This document shows positions 18,294-28,650 of a stretch of 64,000 nt of DNA, piece after piece. Where the stretch lies: the NCBI GenBank assembly GCA_963750165.1, contig CAVVPN010000012.1, positions 576,001-640,000 of the forward strand, in the 5' to 3' direction. Each line of letters opens with the position of its first letter. The stretch's first letter is position 1. The position numbers were made by a program, and so were the translations under genes. Source of the stretch: an uncultured Gemmataceae bacterium. Its GTDB lineage: Bacteria > Planctomycetota > Planctomycetia > Gemmatales > Gemmataceae. The notes under the pieces are model-generated. The model was not told where the DNA came from. It worked only from the letters and a program-made list of their open reading frames with translations, and ran no database searches.

Positions 18294-21200
18294 ATGATGA
18301 AACCCAGGGTTACCGTATTCTTCCTGATCCTCGACCTGGCGCTGGCCGGCGCCGGGACGGCGAACGCCCAGGAAAAACTGGAGTACAACCGCCACATCCG
18401 GCCGATTTTGGCGGAGAACTGCTTCGCCTGCCACGGTCCCGACAGCGCCAGCCGCAAGGCCGGCCTGCGCCTTGACCGTCGCGACGACGCCATCAAGGCC
18501 GGCGTCCTCGTGCCCGGCAAGGCCGACGACAGCGACATCGTCGCGCGCATCAATCAGAAGAATCCGAACAAGCGGATGCCGCCGCCCAAATCGCACAAGA
18601 CGCTGACGCAGGCGCAAAAGGACACGCTGCGGCGCTGGATCGCCGCGGGGGCCGAGTATCAGCCGCACTGGTCGCTGCTCGCCGTCAAGCGGCCGCCGCT
18701 GCCGCAGGTCAAGAACGCCGCCTGGGTGCGCAACCCCATTGACCGCTTCATCCTCGCGGAGCTGGACAAGCACGGCCTCAAGCCCGCCCCCGAGGCCGAC
18801 CGCCGTACCCTCGCCCGCCGCCTCAGCCTCGACCTCACAGGACTGCCGCCCGAGCCCGCCGATGTGGAAGCGTTCGTCAACGACAAATCGACGAACGCTT
18901 ATGAGAAGCTGGTCGATAAGTTCCTGGCGTCGCCGCACTGGGGCGAGCACCGCGGCCGCTACTGGCTGGACGTGGCCCGCTACGGCGACACGCACGGCAT
19001 CCACTTCGACAACTACCGCGAGAACTGGGCCTTCCGCGACTGGGTTATCCGCGCCTTCAACGCGAACATGCCGTTCGATCAGTTCACGATCGAGCAGCTG
19101 GCCGGCGACCTGCTGCCGAAGCGCACGATCGACCAGCAAATCGGCTCCGGTTTCAACCGCTGCAACATCACCACCAACGAGGGCGGCGTCATCCCGGAGG
19201 AGTATCTGGTTCTGTACACACGCGACCGCACCGAGACGACAGCCCAGGTGTGGATGGGCATGACCGCCGGCTGCGCCGTGTGCCACGACCACAAGTTCGA
19301 CCCGCTCAGCCAGCGCGAGTTCTACCGCCTGGCGGCGTTCTTCAACAACACGACGCAGGGGGCGATGGACGGCAACATCAAGGACACGCCGCCGGTCATC
19401 ATCGTGCCGCGCATGGAGGACCGCGGCCGCTGGGACACGCTCGTCAAGGAGGTCGGCGACATGAAGGCGAAGACGGACGCCCGCAAGCAGGCAGCACGAT
19501 CCGCGTTTGCGAAGTGGTTGAAGGAGGCGAAGGCGGACGCCGTGACGGTGGCCGCACTGCAAGACCAGCTGCGCTTCCACGCGGCGCTGAGCGAGGGCAG
19601 CGGCGAGCAGGTGACGCTCGTCGAGGACGGCAAGCCGCGCACAGCGAAGCTCGCCAGGGTGCCAACCTGGGTGGCGGGCCATGTCGCCGCGAAGGCGTTC
19701 AAGCCGGGCGGCGGAGCCGTGGTCGCGTCCAGGGCGGCCGGCGACTTCGAGAAGGATCAGCCGTTCACGGTGTCCGTGTGGGTCAAGCCGACGAAGAATA
19801 ACCTGACCGGCGCCGTCGTCGCCCGCATGGACGAGACCAACAAATTCCGCGGCTGGGACCTGTTCCTGGAGGGCGGCCGGCCGACGGCGCACCTGGTGTC
19901 CGCGTGGCAGGACGACGCCATCAAGGTGAACAGCAAGACGTTCCTGAAGCCGAATCAGTGGCACCATGTCACGCTGAGCTACGACGGCTCCGGCAAGGCG
20001 TCGGGCGTGCGGCTCTACGCGGACGGCAAGCCGCTGGAGACGACCGTCTTCGTGGACCGGCTGAGCGGCAGCATCCGCACCGACAAGCCGCTGCAAATCG
20101 GTCGGCGCTTCCCCGCCAGCTCACCGCTGACGGACATTCACGTGCAGGACCTGCGCGTCTACAGCCGCCCGCTGACGGGGCCGGAAGCGGCGCTGATCGC
20201 CCGCACCACGCGCGCCGCCTTGCTGGTGGCGAAGGCCGCCGACAAACGCAGCCCCGCTGAACAGAATGAGCTGTTCGACTGGTTCCTGACCGCGATGGAC
20301 AAGGAATACGGCCGACTGGCGGCGCAACTGGGGGCGCTGGTGCAGGAGCAGACCGCCATCAAATCGCGCGGCACCGTGGCCCATGTGATGCAGGAGCGGA
20401 CCACGCCGCCGGAAGCGTTCGTGCTCTTCCGCGGCGACTACGACAAGCGCCGCGAAAAAGTGACGCCGGCCACACCGGAAGCGCTGCCGCCGATGTCGGC
20501 CGAGCTGCCGCGCAATCGCCTCGGCCTGGCGCAGTGGCTGCTGCGGCCGGAGCACCCGTTGACGGCGCGTGTCACCGTCAACCGCTTCTGGCAGGAGGTC
20601 TTTGGCACCGGCCTGGTGCGCACGACCGGCGACTTCGGCGTCACCGGTGAGCTGCCGTCGCACCCGGAGCTGCTCGACTGGTTGGCGGTGGAGTTCCGTG
20701 AAAAGCACTGGGACGTGAAGCAATTCTTCAAGCTGATCGTCACGTCCGCGGCCTACCGTCAGGCCGCGACAGTCAGCAAGGAGGCGCTGCACAAGGATCC
20801 GCACAACCGGCTGCTGTCGCGCGGCCCGCGCTATCGCCTGGACGCGGAGATGATCCGCGATTACGCCCTGGCGGCGAGCCGCCTCTTGGTGCGCAAGCTC
20901 GGCGGCCCGAGCGTCAAGCCGTACCAGCCGGAGGGCGTCTGGGAGGCGGTCGCCATGAACGTCAGCAACACCAGCATCTACCGGCGCGACCGCGGCGAGA
21001 ACCTGTATCGCCGCAGCATGTACACGTTCTGGAAGCGCGGCGCCCCGCCGGCGTCGATGGAGATTTTCAACGCCCCGACGCGCGAGTTCTGCACCGTGCG
21101 CCGCGAACGCACCAACACGCCACTGCAGGCGCTGGTGACGCTCAATGACGTGCAGTTCGTCGAGGCGGCCCGGCACCTGGCGACCGCGGCACTGAAGCAG

Positions 21201-21461
21201 GGCGGCGACAGGTTTGAGGGCCGCGCCGACTTCATGGCCCGACGGCTGCTGGCGCGGCCGTTCAGCGCCGCCGAGTTGAAGGTGCTGCGCGAGGTCTTCG
21301 CCGACCTGCACGGCTTCTACAAGTCGCACCCGAATGACGCCCGGCAACTGCTCACCGTCGGCGAATCGGTGGCGGACACGACGCTGGACCCGCCGACGCT
21401 GGCGGCGTGGACGATGCTGGCCAACCAGCTGATGAACCTGGACGAGGTGTTGAACAAGTAA
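18294..21461 (+). CDS. Planctomycete cytochrome c + DUF1549 + LamG/ConA-like + DUF1553 protein
   Basis: [19 protein letters not shown], central FTVSVWVKP...QWHHVTLSYDGS...DLRVYSRPL LamG domain, RTNTPLQALVTLND. Confidence 0.95.
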   Translation: MMKPRVTVFFLILDLALAGAGTANAQEKLEYNRHIRPILAENCFACHGPDSASRKAGLRLDRRDDAIKAGVLVPGKADDSDIVARINQKNPNKRMPPPKSHKTLTQAQKDTLRRWIAAGAEYQPHWSLLAVKRPPLPQVKNAAWVRNPIDRFILAELDKHGLKPAPEADRRTLARRLSLDLTGLPPEPADVEAFVNDKSTNAYEKLVDKFLASPHWGEHRGRYWLDVARYGDTHGIHFDNYRENWAFRDWVIRAFNANMPFDQFTIEQLAGDLLPKRTIDQQIGSGFNRCNITTNEGGVIPEEYLVLYTRDRTETTAQVWMGMTAGCAVCHDHKFDPLSQREFYRLAAFFNNTTQGAMDGNIKDTPPVIIVPRMEDRGRWDTLVKEVGDMKAKTDARKQAARSAFAKWLKEAKADAVTVAALQDQLRFHAALSEGSGEQVTLVEDGKPRTAKLARVPTWVAGHVAAKAFKPGGGAVVASRAAGDFEKDQPFTVSVWVKPTKNNLTGAVVARMDETNKFRGWDLFLEGGRPTAHLVSAWQDDAIKVNSKTFLKPNQWHHVTLSYDGSGKASGVRLYADGKPLETTVFVDRLSGSIRTDKPLQIGRRFPASSPLTDIHVQDLRVYSRPLTGPEAALIARTTRAALLVAKAADKRSPAEQNELFDWFLTAMDKEYGRLAAQLGALVQEQTAIKSRGTVAHVMQERTTPPEAFVLFRGDYDKRREKVTPATPEALPPMSAELPRNRLGLAQWLLRPEHPLTARVTVNRFWQEVFGTGLVRTTGDFGVTGELPSHPELLDWLAVEFREKHWDVKQFFKLIVTSAAYRQAATVSKEALHKDPHNRLLSRGPRYRLDAEMIRDYALAASRLLVRKLGGPSVKPYQPEGVWEAVAMNVSNTSIYRRDRGENLYRRSMYTFWKRGAPPASMEIFNAPTREFCTVRRERTNTPLQALVTLNDVQFVEAARHLATAALKQGGDRFEGRADFMARRLLARPFSAAELKVLREVFADLHGFYKSHPNDARQLLTVGESVADTTLDPPTLAAWTMLANQLMNLDEVLNK

Positions 21462-21469
21462 CAAATCCA

Positions 21470-21531
21470 GCGAGCGGGGTCGCGTCAGCGCCCCGTGCAT
21501 GTTCACGGGGCGCTGACGCGACCCCGCTCGC
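21470..21531. repeat. REP-like palindrome, 28-bp perfect arms
   Basis: GCGAGCGGGGTCGCGTCAGCGCCCCGTG-catgtt-reverse complement; related to the element at 28447. Confidence 0.85.
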
Positions 21532-21549
21532 CGGCGCAAGGAGCCACCC

Positions 21550-23013
21550 ATGACCCCGTTCCAAGAATACCTCCGCTTCGAGTCGCGCCGCCAGTTCCTG
21601 GCCCAGGGCGTCAACGTCGTCGGCGCCGCGGCGCTGGCCACGCTGCTCGGCCAGGACCGCGCCGCCGCCCAGCAGTCTCCGCAAGCGCAGGAGTCGCCCC
21701 GCAGCCTGACGCACTTCGCGCCGAAGGCGAAGCACGTGATTTACCTGCACATGGTCGGCGGACCGCCGCAGATGGACCTTTACGACTACAAGCCCGTCAT
21801 GCGCGACTGGTACGACCGCGACCTGCCGGACTCGATCCGCAACAATCAGCGGCTCACGACCATGACCAGCCGCCAGGCCCGCTTCCCCGTGGCGCCGTCG
21901 AAGTACAAGTTCACGCGGCACGGCCGCAGCGGTATGTGGGTTTGCGAACTGCTGCCGTACACCAGCCGCATGGTCGATGACATGTGCTTCATCCGCTCGA
22001 TGCACACCGAGGCGATCAACCACGAGCCGGCGATCACGATGCTGCAAACCGGCAGCCAGATCACCGGCCGGCCGTGCCTGGGGGCGTGGGCGTCGTATGG
22101 CCTGGGCTCGCTGAATCACAACCTGCCGACGTTCGTGGTGATGGTGGCGCGGCCGAGCAACACCGAACAGGTGCAGGCGATCGCGGCGCGGCTGTGGCAG
22201 TCCGGCTTCCTGGCGGGCGAGCACGCCGGCTGCGCCTTCCGCAGCAGCGGCGACCCGATCCTGTACATCAACAACCCGCCCGGCGTGCCGATGGACGTGC
22301 GCCGCACCACCCTCAACGGCCTGCGCCGGCTCAACGAAATGAATTTCCAGCGCGTCGGCGACCCGGAGACGCACACGCGGATTCAGCAATACGAGTTGGC
22401 GTTTCGCATGCAGCAGAGCGTGCCGGAGCTGGTGAACCTGGCCAACGAGCCGGCCTCGACGTTCGCGCTGTACGGCGACTCGGCGCGGACGCCGGGCACG
22501 TTCGGTCACACGGCCCTGCTGGCGCGGCGGCTGGTGGAGCGCGGCGTGCGCTTCGTGCAGGTTTACCACAACAACTGGGACACGCACGGCAACGTCGCCG
22601 GCCGGCTGCCGAGCCAGTGCCGCGACGTGGATCAACCGTGCTGGGGCCTGATCCAGGATTTGAAGCGTAAGGGGCTGTTCGACGAGACGCTCATCATCTG
22701 GGGCGGCGAGTTCGGCCGGACGATCTACTCACAGGGCGGCCTGACGCCGCAGAACTATGGCCGCGACCATCATCCGCGCTGCTTCACGATGTGGATGGCC
22801 GGCGGCGGCGCGGCCCGCGGCCAGATTTACGGCGAGACGGACGACTTCAGCTACAACATCGTGCGCGACCCGGTGCACGTCCGCGACTTCCACGCGACGG
22901 TGCTGAAGCTGCTCGGCTTTGATCACCAGCGCTTCAGCTACCGCCATCAGGGGCTCGATTACCGCCTGACTGGCGTCGAGCCGGCGCATGTGATTGAGGA
23001 ATTGCTGGCTTAA
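21550..23013 (+). CDS. DUF1501 protein with Tat signal
   Basis: SRRQFLAQG; AKHVIYLHMVGGPPQMDLYDYKP; WGGEFGRT; GRDHHP. Confidence 0.95.
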   Translation: MTPFQEYLRFESRRQFLAQGVNVVGAAALATLLGQDRAAAQQSPQAQESPRSLTHFAPKAKHVIYLHMVGGPPQMDLYDYKPVMRDWYDRDLPDSIRNNQRLTTMTSRQARFPVAPSKYKFTRHGRSGMWVCELLPYTSRMVDDMCFIRSMHTEAINHEPAITMLQTGSQITGRPCLGAWASYGLGSLNHNLPTFVVMVARPSNTEQVQAIAARLWQSGFLAGEHAGCAFRSSGDPILYINNPPGVPMDVRRTTLNGLRRLNEMNFQRVGDPETHTRIQQYELAFRMQQSVPELVNLANEPASTFALYGDSARTPGTFGHTALLARRLVERGVRFVQVYHNNWDTHGNVAGRLPSQCRDVDQPCWGLIQDLKRKGLFDETLIIWGGEFGRTIYSQGGLTPQNYGRDHHPRCFTMWMAGGGAARGQIYGETDDFSYNIVRDPVHVRDFHATVLKLLGFDHQRFSYRHQGLDYRLTGVEPAHVIEELLA

Positions 23014-23064
23014 CACAACGGCCGCGCGTCCCGATTCGTTGACGGGGGCACGCGGCCTTTTCCC

Positions 23065-23697
23065 TTACCCTGGGGCGGTTTCTGGCGACGGGGGAGCGGA
23101 CGGTACGCGGTGTTTCAGTTCTCGGCACAGTTTGTCGAACGAGGGGGAATGGTTCCGGCAAAGAGCCAGGTCCATTGCAGCGGTGAAGCGCGGCTGGTCA
23201 ACCCGTTCGCTGTACTTTCGGGGCAGCAGGCTTTTGATCCAACCCTTGCCTTTGCCCTCCTCCTCGGGATTCACCGGGACCACGAGGTCGGCGGGAAGAT
23301 CGTTCTTCCCCGCCAGGGAGGCGGCGGCGGCCGCGAACCACGTCTCGAACATGGGGTGGGGTAGAACGCAGGCGATGTCTGCATCCGCCCGGGATTCCCG
23401 AGCCCATTGCAACAGTCGGGGGGCAAGTTCTCTGGGACAGGCGCCCTCCGAGTCGATGAAAATCAGCACCAGTTTGTGAAAGTCATCTGGAGGGCGTAAA
23501 TCCAGTTTGATCCTGGCGGCGTCCACGGCCGCCTTGAGCCCGGGTTCCTTCAACAAGGTTCCCTGGTGGTGTCGGAACGGACGCAGCACGTCGAGGCTGT
23601 CGCCGCCCAGCAGTTCGTACCAGAGCCGTTCGAGCAGCACCCGGATGGACTGGTCCTCGCCGTGGCCCTCCACGATGACCGCCACACGCAGGGGCAT
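23065..23697 (-). CDS. DUF4276-family (TOPRIM-like) protein
   Basis: VAVIVEGHGE, LIFIDSEG.CP, FETWF.A, YSERVDQP, SPSFDKLCR. Confidence 0.8.
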   Translation of the reverse strand: MPLRVAVIVEGHGEDQSIRVLLERLWYELLGGDSLDVLRPFRHHQGTLLKEPGLKAAVDAARIKLDLRPPDDFHKLVLIFIDSEGACPRELAPRLLQWARESRADADIACVLPHPMFETWFAAAAASLAGKNDLPADLVVPVNPEEEGKGKGWIKSLLPRKYSERVDQPRFTAAMDLALCRNHSPSFDKLCRELKHRVPSAPPSPETAPG

Positions 23698-23699
23698 GG

Positions 23700-25073
23700 T
23701 TAGTTCCCCCCTCCCGAGGGAAGCACTTCTGCTTGCCGTTGTAAATCGGCTTCGTCGAGGTCAAGTTGGCCCATGCGCTGCAAATCGGCCAGAGTGTAAA
23801 GTTCCTTGCGAAGAATTTCCCGGCTGGCGGGATCCACGGGGGCGATTTGCGTCTGGCCGTTGCGCATTCGCACGACGAGCACCTGACCGGGTTCCACCTG
23901 GCGATCCGCCAGCAGATCGCCGCTGTGGGTAGTTAACAACACCTGCGTCTGCCCCGTTGCCTCCTCCAATGCATCAACCAGAGCCTGAGTGGCGGCAGGG
24001 TGGAGGGAAGTCTCTGGTTCTTCAATGCCAACGACAATCGGCCCGACCGGCAAGTGAATCTGGAAGACGGCCATCAGCGCCGCCAGGGATCGTAATGTCC
24101 CGTCTGACATGCTAGCTGCGTCGAACCCCAGGGATAAGGTTGCTGGTCCCGACGGCCGCAACTGAAAGCGGACGGTGTTGTACTCCCCATACTGCACTGC
24201 GTCAAATTGATCGACATCTTCCACAATGGTCACGAGATAATCTCGGATACGTGTGATGGCATCCGGACTGATTTCTTTCAACCCCTCGATCACACTCGCG
24301 AGGTTGCTCCCGTCTCGTTCCAAAAGCACCCCTGGGGCAGGCTTTTGAAGCCGGCGGATGGCTTCCGGATAAAAGTTGTAGAAGCCCATTTCCCGGAGCC
24401 CTTCTCCCAAGGAGATGAATGGCTGGGTGCCGATTACACCGAGTAAGGGCCGGTCAGGACGGTAAGTGGTAAAGAACTCCTGGGCGAGCGGGCTCTGGAT
24501 CGGTTCCTTGACGCCCTCTCTTGATCGCCAGCGAGAGATCAAACCGTCTCGCACCTCAAAGCCAATCCCGGCCTGAGTATCCAGTCCTTGAATCTCCAAC
24601 ATCTCTTTATGGATAATTGGGATGTTATATTGATCTCGTGCCAATTCCAAATAATATCTAGCAAGCAAGGCGTCGTCCGCCAAATCCATCTGTGCTCTTT
24701 TTCCAGGTAATTCCGCTGTATGAAGGTGGCTTCCGTTCCCCCGGCGATCGAAGGGTTCGCGTAGGAAACCCACTTCAATTTCAAAAATGATCTGGGGAGA
24801 CGCCGGACTGCGGCAAGCCACGGACGCCCAACCTCCTCGGCGCTTGAACGCATCAGAAACGCTGTATTCCATCGAGTCACGCAGGAACGCCAGCGCATCG
24901 AGGAAGTTGCTTTTTCCCGAGCCGTTTCGGCCCACCAAGATCGTCATTGGCTGGAGCCGCACGTCGCACAAGGCAATGCTCTTGTACCCCTGAATGCGGA
25001 CGCGGCGCAGGAACGGCGGTTTCGTCCGCTCCGCCAGCCAGTGGCCGTTCTGTGATTCTTCCGCAGTCGCCAT
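23700..25073 (-). CDS. ABC/SMC-like AAA ATPase (AAA_21 type)
   Basis: IQGYKSI, Walker A GRNGSGKSN, signature MSDGTLR, Walker B IEEPE..LHP, H-loop TTHS. Confidence 0.92.
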   Translation of the reverse strand: MATAEESQNGHWLAERTKPPFLRRVRIQGYKSIALCDVRLQPMTILVGRNGSGKSNFLDALAFLRDSMEYSVSDAFKRRGGWASVACRSPASPQIIFEIEVGFLREPFDRRGNGSHLHTAELPGKRAQMDLADDALLARYYLELARDQYNIPIIHKEMLEIQGLDTQAGIGFEVRDGLISRWRSREGVKEPIQSPLAQEFFTTYRPDRPLLGVIGTQPFISLGEGLREMGFYNFYPEAIRRLQKPAPGVLLERDGSNLASVIEGLKEISPDAITRIRDYLVTIVEDVDQFDAVQYGEYNTVRFQLRPSGPATLSLGFDAASMSDGTLRSLAALMAVFQIHLPVGPIVVGIEEPETSLHPAATQALVDALEEATGQTQVLLTTHSGDLLADRQVEPGQVLVVRMRNGQTQIAPVDPASREILRKELYTLADLQRMGQLDLDEADLQRQAEVLPSGGGN

Positions 25074-25099
25074 GAGAACCTCATTCACACAATGCCCGA

Positions 25100-25853
25100 T
25101 CACGACGGCCGCCCGCCCCACATCTCCTCATCCGCGAACGGGTGAATCGGCCGATCCGCCTTCGGCTTCGGCCGCGCCTTCAGAATCGCCTCCGCCAGCA
25201 TCAGGTCGGCCCTGGTCGTGATCTTGATGTTGGAGCCGTCCCCCTCGACGACCGCCACGGGATGGCCGGCCGCCTCGACGAGCTGGGCGTCGTCGGTGAT
25301 CGCCTGCCCCACCTTGCTGCGGTTCGCGTACGCCGCCTCCAGCCAGTCGCGGCGGAACACCTGCGGCGTCTGCGCCAGCCACAGCCCTTGCCGCGGCACC
25401 GTCGCCTGCACGCGCTGTTGGCCGTCCACGCGCTTGAGCGTCTCGGCCACCGGCGCCGCCAGCAGCGCCGCCCACCTCCTGCGCCCTGGCGAACACCGCG
25501 TCGATCATGGCGTCGGTGACGCACGGCCGCACCGCGTCATGCACGGCGACGAACTCCACCTCCGGCTTGAGCAGCGCCAATGCGTTGGCGACCGACTCGA
25601 AGCGCTCGCGGCCGCCGTCGGCGATCTGCACATTCATGAACGCGATGTTGGCGATGTAGCGGCGGCGGAAGAGTTCCTGGTCGTCCGGGCTCACGACGAT
25701 CAGGCACTGGCACACGTCCTTGCGGTTGACGAAGTGCTCGACGGTGCGCAGCCAGACGGCGCGGCCGTCGAGGTTGGTGAACGGCTTCTTTTCCTTGTCG
25801 CGAAAGCGCGAGGATTTTCCCGCCGCCGGCAGGATGACCGCGAACGAACTCAT
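25100..25853 (-). CDS. ispD: 2-C-methyl-D-erythritol 4-phosphate cytidylyltransferase; one frameshift (~25470)
   Basis: VILPAAGKSSRF, GGRERFESV.NAL, VAVHDAVRP, then LWLAQTPQVF, TDDAQLVE, NIKITT..DL. Confidence 0.93.
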
Positions 25854-25907
25854 GGCGACCCCCAGGACAATGGCCCCGGCACGGAACGTCCGCCGCGCCG
25901 TTGTCAC

Positions 25908-26231
25908 TTATCCTACCGCGCCCGCCACCCGCGCCGCCAGGGTGCGCTGCGCCGCGGCGCCGGCGTCCAGCCACGCCCGCAGCGCTTCCTCCGCCGCTGC
26001 CAGCGCCGCGTCGGCGTCCGCGACCTGTAGTTCCGCCTCGTCCACGCGGGCGGCAAGCCGTCCCTCGGCGACGCACGCCGGGGGCGACGGCGGGACTGCG
26101 GTCGGCGGCGCGGCTTCGAGCGCCTGCAGCCGGTGGTCGGCCTGCTCCAGAGCGTCGGCCAGAGACTGCTGCACCTGATCGAGCACGTCGCCCCAGGTGG
26201 GCGGCAACACGGGTTCACGGGCCGCGGCCAT
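25908..26231 (-). CDS. Small helical hypothetical protein
   Basis: 107 aa from ATG 26231 with GGAGGG upstream; directly upstream of ispD. Confidence 0.6.
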   Translation of the reverse strand: MAAAREPVLPPTWGDVLDQVQQSLADALEQADHRLQALEAAPPTAVPPSPPACVAEGRLAARVDEAELQVADADAALAAAEEALRAWLDAGAAAQRTLAARVAGAVG

Positions 26232-26405
26232 GCTTCCCTCCCTTCTGCCATCGTTGTGCGGTTGCGCGGAACGCGCAACCGTCCAGCACCGCCCGCGGCG
26301 GCCTGGCGTTCTCGACATACCGCAACCACCACGCTTTTTCCAGCGCATCTGGGTGTGCTGGCGGAAGAAGGAGGGCAAGAAAGGAGCGCGTAGGAAAAAA
26401 AGTTC

Positions 26406-26461
26406 CCGGTTTAGCCGCGACGCGCAGTGGAGCGCTCCCCTTCGGGTCGCGGCTAAACCGG
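26406..26461. repeat. REP-like palindrome
   Basis: CCGGTTTAGCCGCGAC...GTCGCGGCTAAACCGG. Confidence 0.8.
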
Positions 26462-26534
26462 TTCCAGCAGGGCGGCACACGCAACCGCCCTGTTGCTGGC
26501 TCCGAAAAGCGCAGCGTTTCCAGAATGTCCTGGA

Positions 26535-28325
26535 TCACTTCTTCTGCGACTTCTGCCAGGCGCGCCAGGCCTTGGCGGCAGCGGTGCGCTCGGCGCGGGT
26601 GGCGTCGTCCTCCGGCCCGAAGTCCTGGCTGGTGATCTGCGTCAGCGCCCGGTGGGCGGCGTGCGCGACCGGCGGCTCAGCGTCCTCCAGCAGGTTAATC
26701 AGCTCGGTAATGTACCGGGTCTGTTTTTTCATGCCGGCGGCCAGGGCGGCGGCCCGCCGCAGTTCCACCTGGTCCGACTTCAGAGCCGCGCTCACCTCCA
26801 CGGGCGGTTCGGCACTCAGGCGCTCCGTCAGCACGGCGCGGGCCCGCGTCTTGGCCGCGCCCTTCAACGCCGGGATGGCGCTGGCCAGCGCCGCGTTGTA
26901 GCCGGGGCCCTTCGCCGCCTTGAACTTGTCCAGCACCGCCCCCTGTTTGGACGCCGGCGCGGCGGTCAGTTCCTCGCCCAACTGCTTGGCGCTCGGCCCC
27001 GTCTTCGACGGCGGGTCGGTGTTCTTCTTGGGGCCCTTGTTCTCGTTCTTGTTGACGAGGTTCGGCAGGTCCGGGATGACCAGCCGCGGCTCCTCCACCA
27101 CCTTGGGCTGCGTCACCTTGACCTTGGCGGTCAGGTCCGCGGCCAGGTTGACGCGCTTCAGGAACAGCAGCGCGAAACAGGTATCGCAGCTGCCCTGGGC
27201 GAAATCGCCACGCCACGCGCCGTCGGGGTACTGGACGGACAGCAACAGCTCGGCCCCCCAACCGAACCAGTCCTTGGTGCCGATGTGCTTGCCCTCCAGG
27301 TTGTACGCCACCGCCATCCGCTCCAGGCTCCACAAGGCGTAGTAAATGCGGCCGCTTTTCGCCTGCGCCGCCGCCTTGGCCCTGTCGCCAATGGGGTTGC
27401 CGATGGTCGAGGCGACCGCCCCCAGGCCCGCGCGCACGCGCTCGTCCTTGGCCAGGTCCACCTTGGCCCGGCTGGGGTCGCTGGCGTGGCCCAGCGCCAG
27501 GCCCAGCAGGCCGGCGCAGGTCATCGCCAGACTGGGCGAGGTGTCTGCCGTCTTGGGGGCGTTCTTGTTCTTCTCAAATTCGTAGCTCCAGCCACCGGTC
27601 TCGAACTGAAAATTGCGGAAGCGCTGTTCGGTGAGCAACAATTGCCGCTCGACCGGCATGCCGTAGCGACGGCCAACCCACAGAGCCATCATGGAGAACT
27701 GGGTGTTGGAGTTGTCGCCGGAGGTGTTCTTGTCCCCCTGCAAGGGGGCGCGCACGAACGGCATCAACTCCCGCTGCATGTAAGGCGTCAGCTGGGTCCA
27801 GTGGCGGGGGGTGCGGTCCTTGGGCAGTTTCGGGTTGAGCTTGCCCGGCGTCGCCACCTTGAGGTGCGCATCCAGGCGCTCGGTGTCCGTCCCTGCCACG
27901 CTGGAGGTGTAATCCCAGCCGCCCCAGGCGTTCTGGGCACGCATCAGGCGGAACGTCATGGATTCGATGAGCGGCAGGTCGATCTCATCGCCCAGGCGGT
28001 CCAGAAAGAAAATGCACAGGGACAGGGAGTAGTTTTGGGACAGCTGGACCATTTCTTTGCGGACGGCGGCCGCGGCCTTCTGAATGGACGGGTCGGTTGG
28101 GGCGACGCCGCATTCCAGGAGCGTCCAGCCGGCCAGGGCTGTGGCGCCGATCTGGGCGTGCTGCCAGGTGCCGTCCTCACGCTGCTGGGAGCGCAAATAC
28201 GTCAGCCCCTTGCGGACGGCTGCGGCAATGTCCGCTTCTTTCGGCGCCTGGGCATCCCCAGGGCTGGGCCACGACAACAACACGAGAGCGGAAAGCACCA
28301 GGCCAAACCACGCGGCTCGGTTCAT
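26535..28325 (-). CDS. Secreted prenyltransferase/squalene-cyclase-like alpha-barrel protein with C-terminal HEAT repeats
   Basis: Signal peptide; KGLTYLRSQQREDGTW, QNAWGGWDY, GDNSNTQFSMMALW, Q..DGAW repeats; ELINLLED.EPPVAHAAHRALTQIT.QDFG. Confidence 0.8.
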   Translation of the reverse strand: MNRAAWFGLVLSALVLLSWPSPGDAQAPKEADIAAAVRKGLTYLRSQQREDGTWQHAQIGATALAGWTLLECGVAPTDPSIQKAAAAVRKEMVQLSQNYSLSLCIFFLDRLGDEIDLPLIESMTFRLMRAQNAWGGWDYTSSVAGTDTERLDAHLKVATPGKLNPKLPKDRTPRHWTQLTPYMQRELMPFVRAPLQGDKNTSGDNSNTQFSMMALWVGRRYGMPVERQLLLTEQRFRNFQFETGGWSYEFEKNKNAPKTADTSPSLAMTCAGLLGLALGHASDPSRAKVDLAKDERVRAGLGAVASTIGNPIGDRAKAAAQAKSGRIYYALWSLERMAVAYNLEGKHIGTKDWFGWGAELLLSVQYPDGAWRGDFAQGSCDTCFALLFLKRVNLAADLTAKVKVTQPKVVEEPRLVIPDLPNLVNKNENKGPKKNTDPPSKTGPSAKQLGEELTAAPASKQGAVLDKFKAAKGPGYNAALASAIPALKGAAKTRARAVLTERLSAEPPVEVSAALKSDQVELRRAAALAAGMKKQTRYITELINLLEDAEPPVAHAAHRALTQITSQDFGPEDDATRAERTAAAKAWRAWQKSQKK

Positions 28326-28446
28326 TGGCAAGTCCTCCGGCAAGGCGAATCCTCACAGGCAAAACATAGTCAGGATACCCATCCCCCGGAACTTCCGCCA
28401 GAGAAATGCGAAAAAATGACCACGAACGGGTGCTCCACTCGATGTT

Positions 28447-28531
28447 GGCGAGCGGCGCGGCGTCAGCCCGCCGGTACTGCGGAGTGTCAAGGACTTCGCA
28501 GTATCGGCGGGCTGACGCCGCGCCGCTCGCC
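28447..28531. repeat. REP-like long palindrome
   Basis: GGCGAGCGGCGCGGCGTCAGCCCGCCG...CGGCGGGCTGACGCCGCGCCGCTCGCC with a paired inner spacer. Confidence 0.85.
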
Positions 28532-28650
28532 GGCAACTGCCAAAATCGAGTGGAACACCCCACGAACCACGACGCTGGCAATGCACACGGCCCCCAGGAA
28601 GTGTTCCCAGGGGCCGTGAAACAGTACCGAGCAACGGAGTGGAAGCCGAC

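Noticed and set aside
18255..28619. Long antisense or alternate-frame ORFs (e.g. 18255-20096, 20121-21641, 26493-28619)
   Set aside because: These are shadow ORFs expected in high-GC DNA; they lie opposite well-supported genes and show no motifs.
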